Source: Styela clava (lineage: Eukaryota). Taken from it: a DNA stretch of 64,000 nt. The notes below the pieces were generated by a model. That model searched no databases. It saw nothing but the letters and a program-made list of their open reading frames with translations, and was not told the DNA's origin. The DNA lies in NCBI RefSeq assembly GCF_964204865.1, contig NC_135257.1:14942001-15006000 (forward strand). The letters are read 5' to 3'. Below are positions 13,386 to 24,080 of this stretch, piece after piece (within the stretch, counting starts at the first letter, position 1; each line of letters starts with the position of its first letter). Both the position numbers and the translations under genes were made by a program.

Positions 13386-14287
13386 AAGAATGCGTTTCAC
13401 TTACTTAACATCTTCTGAATAGCGTTTCATCTCTAAAAGACATTCTCATACAATTCGGTTCCTAACTGAAAGAATGAAAAACCAGTGTAAATTACATTCT
13501 AACGTGGGTATTCTTCCTGATATTTTACATGATGCTTGTAGACCTTATTCATACGAAAACATTTGAGCTTAATTTTGATATGATTGTTTTTTTTATGCCT
13601 ACTTTGTTGCTCCGAACTTCAACACTCGAACAACTTGACTATTGCAGTGACGTTTTTATTGCCCCCATGTAGACGTTACTTTGAGTCATTCATCATTTAC
13701 ATATTTCAAGTAACCAATGCCCTACACTCACATGAAAACCTTCTCTTATTATTTTAGTCATCAATCAAAAATTTCAAATTCGTTAATATCATAATTGAAC
13801 GAGCAAGTAATTTATATCTAGATATATTTAATTAATGCTTATAGCATCCCGAACGCTTGCCAACTAAATTATTATTCCATTAAAAGTTATTGATGGTCTC
13901 AGACAAACCTACAATATCACATCCTAGATGTCTTATCACATCTAAAGCTTTTGTTATTCACGTCATAAATAATGAGTGGTACTGGTAACTGATCTTGATG
14001 TGCACATGATCGTATTGATACCAGTTTCTATACAGTCTACACCGGGAATTTGTTGCTTACAATTATATTTGTCGTGTTATTGTTTTCTGTTTGACAAAAC
14101 AAATGAACTCTCTACTTAAAATATGAAAAATCTGTTACTATTTCGAGATGTCCAAGACTTGAAGAGCAAAACGTAATAATATATCAAACATACCTTCACC
14201 TTAAAAATTTTATTCAAATTAATAATCGAAAAAATTTGAAAGAAACTTTAAGAATTATTTACAATCTTTAGTAAAATTTAATTAGCT

Positions 14288-14412
14288 GATTTTGATTTAA
14301 TTTAAATTTGGCATACGACTCGATCCCTCTGCATAGAGAGATTTCGTTGATTTTAGTCTCTCTATGCAAAGTGATCCCAGTCGTACGTCAAATTTAAATT
14401 AAATCACGATCA
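14288..14412. repeat. ~125-bp imperfect hairpin (MITE-like)
   Basis: TGATTTTGATTTAATTTAAATTTGGCATACGACT..TGCATAGAGAG pairs with CTCTCTATGCA..AGTCGTACGTCAAATTTAAATTAAATCACGATCA. Confidence 0.7.
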
Positions 14413-14661
14413 CTTTGCACGATGACATAAAACACGTTTTTTTATGTCATTTTTATGCATAATTAAGTAACATAAAATATTAGAAATAGGAAAAAAATTG
14501 TTTGACACTATTTGGGGGCAAGGAAATTTTCTTAAAACGAATTCAACTAACTGTAAAATATTCTGTTATTCGTTTTTCATATCTTGTTTTAAAGCTCCCG
14601 ACGAACACAAACGTATTTCAGGCAACATTGTACAACAAGATAATAAATATGCAGATGTATT

Positions 14662-14916
14662 TCATAACGTTGGCCTCCGAACTGTGCCTCCGTTTGTGAT
14701 TTTTTGAATTTCATTGAATGTTACATATAGGGCGCGAAGTTCCGAGAGAAGATTGTTCCTTTGAGCGTTGACTGTTTTCACAATACGGCGTGCTCTTTTC
14801 CGAAATTTTGGTCCGTGATCGGTTCCTCATTCATGCAATAAAACACCAGATGCATGCACCATTTCATGAATCATAACTTCCAATACCTTTTCAAGGTTTG
14901 TCATCGCCGATTTCAT
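14662..14916 (-). pseudogene. Decayed SprT-like (zincin) metalloprotease reading frame
   Basis: Reads MKSAMTNLEKVLEVMIHEMVHASGVLLHE*GTDHGPKFRKRARRIVKTVNAQR. This contains HExxH plus the downstream HGxxF motif, with one in-frame TGA at 14829-14827. Confidence 0.65.
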
Positions 14917-15425
14917 AAATAATTTCTATTAAATTCTATATTTCCTGGCGTCACTACCGGTATACCCTCACATCTTTATTTAGGTTGATAATAATTAACA
15001 GAGGCTCAATTGCCACAATAAACATATAAATACTCGGCGAATTTCATTTTTAAATTTTAGTGATTCTTGTTTTCATCCAGCTCGCTGTCACTGATTGCGT
15101 ACCGGCACCCTACTGCCAGATTTACGGTAACTTGACACGCTCAGTGATATTTTGCCATCTGCATTCTGACACGCCTCGACCGTATTTCTTCACCCCTAAT
15201 CTGACACCACCACCGACCGTATTTCGTACCCCTAACCTGACACCACGCAACGACCGTATTTCGTCACAATTAACTCGACGACCCTATTTCGACACGCCCA
15301 TTTTGGCACACAACGACCGCATTTCGTCACCCCTATACTTGCTTTAAATGTATTAGACGTCCAATATCGCTGTATTATCTATCTAAAAAGTAAAAAGATG
15401 ATTTGGGTAAATTGGGTTCAAATAC

Positions 15426-17047
15426 CTAATTTACCCAAATGGGTCGCCGTATCGGTCTTTGCTGGGCTGTCTCCTCGGAGGGGAACTTCACGATCACTAC
15501 TAACAATCTCCTGATCGAGAGCGGCAAGAAGATAACTCGGGTGATACACCACGTGTCCAACACCCGTTGGTTGGACCAGGGGAAGACAGTTTCCTGTCAT
15601 TCCCGGTTCGGTTGCTCTAACAATCTCTCGCTCAGTTCCAGATCTCGTGGGTTTCGAAAGCTCGATCAAATCTTCTGCCGCTGCGATCCGTTCGTAGATG
15701 GTTTACGGCATATGCGGAACCACGGGTGACTTGTAGTAAGTGTGGATACGCAAACGAGACTCTTCCTCATGTGCTGAATCACTGTCGTCCAGTCATGATT
15801 ATCATCAAGGAGCGGCATGATTCGGTGCAAAAAGAGATCTTGAATCACCTACCTCCAGCCAGGTTTTCTAGGTGCGATGTTGACGTAGTTTGTCGAGAGC
15901 ACGCCGCTAGAACAGCTGAGATGCTGCGGCCCGATTTGATTCTCGAGGAAATTGGAACGAATCGGGTCGTAGTACTCGATGTGGCGTGCCCATTCGACAA
16001 CGGTGAGGCCGCTATAGATGACGCGGCCCGTCGGAAGCTCTAAAAGTATGAAGAGTTATGTCGCTCATTGCTCTTGCCTCTGGCAAAATCGTGGAGTTCC
16101 ATGCATTTGGGGTTGGTTCTCTTGGCAGTTATGCCGTTGGAAACCAGACTGCTCTTCGTGCTTTGGGTGTGACCGGAGGTGGTGCTACGGCGGTCTCCCG
16201 TAACTGCGTTAGGAACGTTATTCGAGGATCCCTTCGCGTCTGGAGGGCCTGGTGCGGACTTCCTGACAGTGTCGGCTAATCTTACTGCACCCCCTTTTCT
16301 GACACTGTTTTATTATCTTCTTCCCTTTTGTTTTGTATTTGTGTGATTGTGATCTTGCGTGTGTGTTTCGTTGTCCCATTAACCCTTTTGATTCCCACTA
16401 GTGGTTTCTCTAGGTAGTTTGAGCCATTTGCTCGGACTATTTTGTTTGTATTTCATCTTTTCCCCACCACTTGCCTCCACAAACTCACGCTCGGCGATGG
16501 GCTTGGGCCAACTTAGATGCCATATATATATATTAGTGTATACCGCTTGCCTTAGTTATCCCAATTTTAATTTGCAGTTATTGTGCACTTTTCCACGGTT
16601 TATTAGTTTGTTCGTTTCCTTTTTTTTTATTTGATAATTTATCAAACTTTTTCCACATTATTGATTCAGAATTTCACCCCGGTTGATAGGAAAAGGCGAG
16701 CGGTAATTATAATTCAGTTAAATTTTTCCATGTTTAGAACCCATCGCCAAGTTTGCCAGCCCCTCGCCACTACTTTATACTTGTTATTTTTGCTTATGAT
16801 TTTCTTTCCTATATTCTTTTAAGGGGGAGGGGGGGGGGGCTGGCTCAGTTAGATAAGCCCTACTCTTTCTTTATATTGACTTGTTATTCTTTACATGTTC
16901 AATTTAATTTTTTGTTAAGGTTAAATTCTTAAATTTGTATTTATTTATAAATACCGTTTTTGCCCCCCCCCCCCCCCCATGCGCGGGGGAGACCAGGGTT
17001 ACTGGCAAATGTACATGTTATTGAATAAAAGTGCATAAAAACAAAAA
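15426..17047 (+). mobile_element. 5'-truncated RLE-clade non-LTR retrotransposon (NeSL/Utopia-like), degenerate
   Basis: Motifs across frameshifts: DQGKTV..SN; KARSNLLPL; CSKCGYANETLPHVLNHC (CCHC knuckle); RHD; LRPDL..LDVACPFDNG..RKL*KYE; VGSLGSY..RGSLRVW. A ~770-bp 3' UTR ends AATAAAA..AAAAACAAAAAA. Confidence 0.9.
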
Positions 17048-17790
17048 AGACGTCCAATATCGCTGTATTATCGATCTAAAAAGTAAAAAGATAATTTGGG
17101 TAAATTAGGTTCAAATACAAAACCACTTTTAACTAAGATAAATATATATTTTTCATAAAATTACCAGAATATACGCTATGTTTGATATTATCTAGGTCCA
17201 GTTCAAAACGTTAAGGTTTCTTCGCAGCTACCGTACTTCGTCACCGCTAACCTGACACCACGCAACGACCGTTTTTGTGACCCCCTATCTGACACGCACC
17301 GACCGTCTTTTGCCACCCTTAATCTGACACGCACTGACCGTATTTCGTCACTCCTAACTTGACCGACGACCCTATTTCGTCACCCCCAGTTTGACACGCA
17401 ACGACCGCATTTCGTCAGCCCTATTTTGACACCCCCAATATGACTTCTATGATACCAACCCCTACGGTACACGTTGTAAACTTGTATTCTTGAGTTTTGC
17501 TTGTTTTCCGGGCATTTCTGGTTATGTTTTGTTCGATTCATTGAAGGTTTTGTTTTCAGAATTCCGAAATAAATTGTAGCCTATATTCAATGTTACTTCC
17601 AAGACTTTTTAGTCTACTCTTCGCTATGTGCTGATTGGAATGTCTTTTTATCCGTCTCTCATCTTTTCTCTTATTTTCTAGCCACTCCAGTCTCGGAAAC
17701 CTTGTCGCAGTACCATGTATGGTGCAAGAACTTGCTCACAGATAGATCGACATACCCTACTTGAGATAAACTTTAATCTACTATTCTACT

Positions 17791-18230
17791 GCAGGGCTAC
17801 TCAACTGGCGGACCGCGGTCCGAATCCGGACCTTTCGGGTATTCGATTCGGACCGCTCCTAATTCTTTATTTTTTGTGGATCATTAGCCCCACTTTTGAA
17901 GTTTCCTTTATATAATTACTTTTATAGATTTAAATTTATATGAAAAACACTATAACGCCATAACAAACAATGGACCTCCTGAAGTATGCGCACCAAGATG
18001 GCGCACATCCTGAACTCAGGTTGTGTACAAGGTTAGGGTTCAGGTTGTGCGACATCTTGGTGCGCATACTTCAGGAGTGCCTAAACAATTTTGATTAGCT
18101 AATAATCACTAGTAGACCGAGGAAGTGCGTGTTTAAGAATGCCGAAATATAATTTCTGTAAAGACCGGACCCAAATAATTTTGAAATTTTGTATGCGGAT
18201 CTTCGGTAAAAATAGTTTGAGTTCTACTAG
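17791..18230. mobile_element. hAT-type MITE (contains a nested palindromic MITE)
   Basis: CAGGGCTACTCAACTGGCGGACCGCGGTCCGAATCCGGAC ... GCGGATCTTCGGTAAAAATAGTTTGAGTTCTACTAG. Confidence 0.65.
17972..18081. mobile_element. 110-bp palindromic MITE, copy 1
   Basis: GGACCTCCTGAAGTATGCGCACCAAGATG ... CATCTTGGTGCGCATACTTCAGGAGTGCC. Flanks are CAAACAAT / TAAACAAT. Confidence 0.8.
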
Positions 18231-19765
18231 TTTGTTCTACTGTATCATATTCCCCTTTTCTGGTCTGATAAGCAAACAATCAGTGGGACAATATTAGCAA
18301 ATGAAATAATGTTTTTTGGTACTTCCGTGGTATGTGTACCAGGTTAGAGTTAGGCCATTCATTCCGATTTTCCTTCGGGGTTCGGGGACTGTCTGTGTTA
18401 GCCAATTGAATATACTCCCTGCCCATAAGCTTCCGTTTCTTTACATTCTAATCAAATGTATATATATATCCCTGTTCAAATCCAATTTATAGTCCTGTGG
18501 ATAAATTGTATTCCCCAATAGGGTAGTGCCAAATGTATTCTTGTAATATGTCTTTAGCATTATTAGAGTACTACACTACATTCTTATTCAATACCCTGAG
18601 TTTTTTTTTTACGAGTTGTACGTAAAATGGTGGTATATCACTCGGCATACTCCCTAAGCAAACGACCCTGTCTTTTAGTTGAACAAAAATTTTCCCAATT
18701 TTTTTGTGACAGCCAGTACGGTCTCAAGCCCAACAATATGTTTCGGCTACGTGATTTTGGTGTAATATTGCTTCACAATGGTACGATACCGATACACGTA
18801 TGGTTTTTATTATGGGTTTTGTACTTTCTCAAAACGTTTCCTGGACCGGATGAATTCATGAACACCACTGTACTAATTCATCCTACGGTAAGCACATTAC
18901 AATCGCTGTATAACGTTATGGTAGTATTGCTGTATACTGGTTTACGGCTGTAGGACAAATAAGCAAACTCGGCAATACCGATAGTAAACTTAAAATTCAG
19001 ATATTTAAACCCTATTTCGGCCCAAATCCCACGCTAGAAAACACAATCTGGGACGACAAACTGACCACGCGTCAATGGCGAGTGAAAACGCTGGCTCGAG
19101 GCACTTGCCATGGTTTCGTCATAATTCGTGCAGTATCACATGACTCGTGGCATTACCGCTACTGGGGATGGGGATCAAAATACGTTAAAGGTTGATGGTT
19201 ACAGAAGATGCCCATCATAACGTGACTACATTTTCTGGCCACAATTACCCTAAACAAATGTTTGGAAAGTAGCAAGTTTTTTAAGCTAAAGCCTATTTTG
19301 GACAAATTAATTATAAACTATGATATTTGATATTTGTGATCGTTAATGTGTAGTCTATGTATTCTGAAGTTTGAAAATATGTAGGCCTAAAGAATAAAGA
19401 CAATGTCAACTTTTCTTCTGCATTTCTGCCCGATTTTCCTTTGAAATACTAAAAAAATCACTCGTGTTCGCGAAACTCGGTTCAGCAAATAATTAAACTG
19501 CAGCTCATGAAATTGCAGTGAGTAGTATTTCCCTTAATTGTTACGTAACAATGGAGGCAGACACAACGTAACATAGAGTAAGCGACATTGAAAGGTAAAA
19601 CAAATTTATTGATCATCACACAGCATTTAAAATGAGAAACAATAAAAAAATTACAATAAATACAATATGTAAAATATTCAATCATATATTAGTTATGTTC
19701 AACACAATTTTGTTTACTCAGCAAATCGCCGCGGCGTCCCCTTTGCGAATATCCCCATATATATA

Positions 19766-20408
19766 TCGCCGGATGAGAACAGAACAGGCTAGGTCACAAT
19801 TTTGAGTTTTGAGAAAAACGCAAGAAACAATTTGGAATTTTTTTATTTTTGAATTTCTAGATATTCACACTTAGTAAAGACGTGAGCTATGGTTATTTTA
19901 ATGTGGATGTGAATATCTTTGTAATCAATATTTTTTAGCACTCCAGCTTCAATTCCTTCCTGCTTTTTTAACCCCATAATGAACTTTGGCCCATTCTGTT
20001 CTCAACAACTTCTGATTTTTTTTGTATGGGATGCAAGGTAAAACAAGGTGACTTAGGCCTAAGTTGCACTGAAGAAATTTTTAGGGATGTAACATTTCAT
20101 TTCTAATGCTCATGCCCATCATATTAGAACTTGTGACTATCTTTTTCTGTATTTTGGGATTTTGAGCCATGCTCTACAAGGTGGTGGTCTTGAAATTCTG
20201 AATTTCATAATATTAAAAATTTTAGCTGGACTTAGGCCCATTCTGTTCTTAGCTTCTACAGTCCTAAGTCCAGCTAAAATTTTTATTATTGAGAAATTCA
20301 GGATTTCAAGATCACCACCTTGTAGAGCATGGCTCAAAACCCCAAAATATTGGAAAAAGTGAATTTTGCAAAAATGTGACTTAGGCCCCTACTGTTCTCA
20401 TCCGGCGA
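19766..20408. mobile_element. TA-flanked MITE with an internal 200-bp palindrome
   Basis: TA|TCGCCGGATGAGAACAG ... CTGTTCTCATCCGGCGA|TA. The internal inverted repeat at 20150-20350 explains the mirror-image ORFs 20137..20337(-) and 20162..20362(+). Confidence 0.85.
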
Positions 20409-21550
20409 TATGTCCTCTGCTGCGTCTAGCAAACGCAGTAAATTATTACTATGTTTTATATGAGAAAACACTATTGAAACTTGTATAAGGAGTATAATAT
20501 AAAAAGAGTCAGAATATATAAACGAGTCAGAAGATTAGACTATCGTAATCGTTATGAAGGGTATTTCGAAAGTTTATATGAAATGAAACACAACTGTTAT
20601 CGAATATTCTATTCTAATAAGTTAAAATATCCTAAGTCAGACACAATAGTAAAAACAGAGTAATTATGGGAATGATTATATGATAAGTTGAGTTGCATGC
20701 ACAAAATATCTAAAAGCAATTTTGGCACTACACCAACTAGCACTTATATATAAATTTGGATACATAAACTATAATTTGAAGCATCCAGGAAAAATAAAGT
20801 CTGTTGCTCAAATAATTAGCATTGAACATTCTGAGTCAATGGATATCTGTGGTCTTTTCTCTAGATTTTATATTCTCAGTACAAAATTTTAATTAATTTT
20901 GCCCGATTAGAACGATTTCCGGCTCGGATGCTCAATGTTGACAACATGACAAAAACTACTATCATACTGTAGTTTGTAATTTTAATTACAGTCAAGTTCA
21001 TGGATGGGCTACCAAAACAAAACACTGTTGAAATACATATCTACAGAGGATAAATACTCACTTCTCTCAGGTGAAACCAGTCTTGGTTATTTCTAAAGCA
21101 GATAAACAGTTTACCTAGTTGTATTTCATTAAAATAAAGTGCCTTTTTTCTAACCACATGGTATCAGGATTTTTCTCAGCCCTTTGAAGGAAGGTATTGT
21201 TGCAATGATTCGCCTCCCTTTTCTCACAAATAAGAAGAAATTTAAGAACTTTTATTTCGGTGTATATCAAAAATTGCAACGAGAGTAAATAATTCATAAC
21301 AGTTATCACTGACTGATTTATCATCAAGCAGCCATGCGTTCACCAGTCGTTGTATTTTATGTAAGACTATATGAAACAGATATAAGCGAAAACGATATAA
21401 CCGATTCCGGTATAAATTTAAAAATGTTACAAAATGTCTGATTTGCCATTTAAGTTTGTAAAAACACTCCCAATAATTAGAATGTGTTAGCACAGCTCTT
21501 AAGTATTACGATGACTCGATCCGCAGATACATTCGTATGTAACCTGGTTG

Positions 21551-22575
21551 TTAAATTCCATCATGAAACTGTATATTGTTATGCGAAACGACAACTAAAT
21601 GACTATTATTGGCCTGATTTTCATTTTGCACTGTATTTCTTACTTTATATGGAATTAGGATTTCTCTCCACTCTTTGAAAGAAAATATTACTGCAACGAC
21701 GTTAAAGACATTAAAAAGTGGCACCACAGAACCTAGGTCATACCAACTGTATTTGGATAGTAATACTGATACGAGTGAATACAATATTTGAGCAATAACA
21801 AAAGCCAGTGCTGTATAAAACGATCTTCTAATAAGAGGTGTTACGTACGAAAGAGAACTTAAACTACCGAACTCCCTTTCAATATCTCTTTTATGTTTCG
21901 CTAACGGAAAATAAAACATTCCTAGCAAAAGACACTCTGTAATTATTCTATGTGCACCTGTCAATATATATTGCCAAACAAATATTTCTTTCTCACAGGT
22001 GTAAAATCTGTGAATTGATGCAATCAAATGAAATATTGTCGATATGGTGGGCATCGCTATATGATATAAAATAATATAATCTTGCTTAACAGTCTAGTTG
22101 TGCGATTTGATAGACTTTGGAGATACGGATTTGTATAAATCATCCGTTGGCGACACCACAGTGATAAAAACAACATTGTATGACCAGAAACGATCGAGTA
22201 CGTTATAGTTATTTTTCCGATGGTACAATATTGTATACGAAAACAGTTGAATAATATAACGTTAATAAAAGCAACGCAAGTTGCTATTTGAAATGCAATA
22301 GCCGCGATTATACAATATCGCATATATTTTCCCCAGTCTAAGTCTCCCGAGTCTCTGGATCTTCTGTATCTTCGTTTTATTCTTCCGTTAAATCTGAGCA
22401 TTGCGATGAGCAAATGTGCAAAAATAACCAAGTACATAACCCTGATAATACTATAGAAGATGATCTCAAAATCGCTGTATTCAACAAAAATGTTTGTGTC
22501 GTTCAACTGGGCATATTCCGTTTTGTTCCACAACTGGACAAATTGGAAAAAAGTAACATTATCTTCAATCATCAT
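21551..22575 (-). pseudogene. Intronless 7TM/GPCR-like membrane protein split by one frameshift at ~22057 (pseudogene or sequence error)
   Basis: Two abutting ORFs join into ~340 aa. The N-terminus has three N-glycosylation sequons (NVT, NKT, NDT), followed by about seven hydrophobic segments, a Cys before TM3, LWCRQRMIY..P.L..L, LLLGMFYFPL and FNVFNVVAVIFSFKEWREILIP. Confidence 0.7.
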
Positions 22576-23569
22576 CCTTTTTTGATAATTTGATACTGTT
22601 TGTGAAGAAAATAAATTATTAGAATATGATAGATTACGGAATAATGACAATGCGTGTTATATTCGTACTAGGCATAAATATAGTCATGGCAGAATTCTAT
22701 GTTCTAACACTATTTTTACCTATTTGTACAATGAGCTACTTGCGACACTCAAATATCAATATATTATATATATTTCATACTAATAACGCCATGAACTGTA
22801 ATGTAATGAAATGTAATAAACTTGACATGGTTTTTGTTTCCTTCCATGGGTACACAAATGGATAATTTTGTCTGAAATTCATTGCCATCTCCGTTATCCG
22901 ATACTTTAGCAGGAATTTGTAAAGGCTTGTAAAGGCATGCTGAAACGAGAATATGCTTTTTTGTTACTCATTATAAAACATTGATAATGCTTACTTAGCA
23001 TAATGAATGGGAAAAACTTTTATCGAAATAAGCGAATTAAGAGACGATTAGTTTGGTAAAATTTCCAGTTAGACGACAGACGAATAATTGTCTTTCCTCT
23101 AATATAAAATAGATACGCTTTGCTGTTGTACCGGTCTACTGGATTCCCCTACGTCTATTACTGAATATGAACTAATTATGCGTGTCATTGCGTTGTCAAT
23201 TTGCAAAACATGTATTACGGTTATCGGATTATCTCTTTCGAAACGACGCGTAAATTTGTTATACGTTTTGCAATTTTAAATTGCTTTGAAATTTTCAGTG
23301 GCTGAAGATTGATTTTTTTGTTGGAAGACTATTTCTTTTATTCATTACTAAATTTTCTATGAATCCCATGAGATCTAATATTTCATCCAAAATTTCACTG
23401 TATCACTTTTTTAATGGGCGAACACGGTTTTTAATCCGCCCAGCGTGACGTGAGTTTTTTGAGGTTACCGGTAATGCTAAAGGTAAGATAGACTACTGCT
23501 TCTCTTGGTGTCAGTATTTGTAGACTGTGGTATCTGCTGTTATGAAACCGTAGTAAATCGAATTAGTTG

Positions 23570-24080
23570 GTATTTCAATTCACGTTGAAACATAATCGTC
23601 ACGGGACCTGGAAAATCCGTGTACCGGTCTAGCTGTCTGACAAACGAGGAGCGTCTGGCCCCACAGGTACCGGTACTGGTAAGTTACCCCACCGCATATG
23701 ATTATCGGGGAATCGAATAATTTTATTATTATTTTGCCCTAGTAACGGAGCAGTGACTCGGATCATTTGATATTTCAATTCATGTTGAAATTGGTCATTG
23801 CCACAGGACATGGAAAAGCTATGACAGACCCTGTACCGTTATTTGTACCCCGATCCAGGTTCTAGTAAGTTAACGCATATGATTTTGGGACGTTTTTTCA
23901 TGGGAAATGGTTGACTGCGGTACCTGATCCGGTAATACAGCAGTGACTCAGATCACGTGTTTAAACATAATCAGAAAGAAGGAATCATTGTCACAAGACC
24001 TAAAAAGCTATGACAGTTCCTGTACCGTCACGGTACCACGATACAGGACTGGTAAGCTACCGCATATGATTTTTGAGGAA
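23570..24080 (+). repeat. Three diverged ~185-bp tandem units
   Basis: Shared CAGTGACTC.GATCA, AAAAGCTATGACAG..CCTGTACCG and CT(G/A)GTAAG..CGCATATGATT, the last at ~23677, 23861 and 24049. Confidence 0.7.

Larger units (their letters stand above)
8515..17465. mobile_element. Foldback-type DNA element with long modular inverted arms and nested insertions
   Basis: 8515-8770 is the reverse complement of 17210-17465 (~255 bp, six ~33-38-bp GGGGTGACGAAATACGGTCG units ending in GCGAAGAAACCTTAA). A second pair of the same module sits at ~9873-10040 and ~15165-15355. No convincing TSD was seen. Confidence 0.75.

Noticed and set aside
14827-14829. In-frame TGA in the SprT-like frame as selenocysteine or readthrough
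   Set aside because: More stops lie just upstream in the same frame and no SECIS was identified. Ordinary decay is simpler.
20137-20362. Two near-identical 66-aa ORFs on opposite strands
   Set aside because: Artefact of the DNA palindrome inside a MITE.
21100-21240. LQQYLPSK on the minus strand as a piggyBac transposase fragment
   Set aside because: One short motif only, with no flanking piggyBac motifs, TIRs or TTAA ends.
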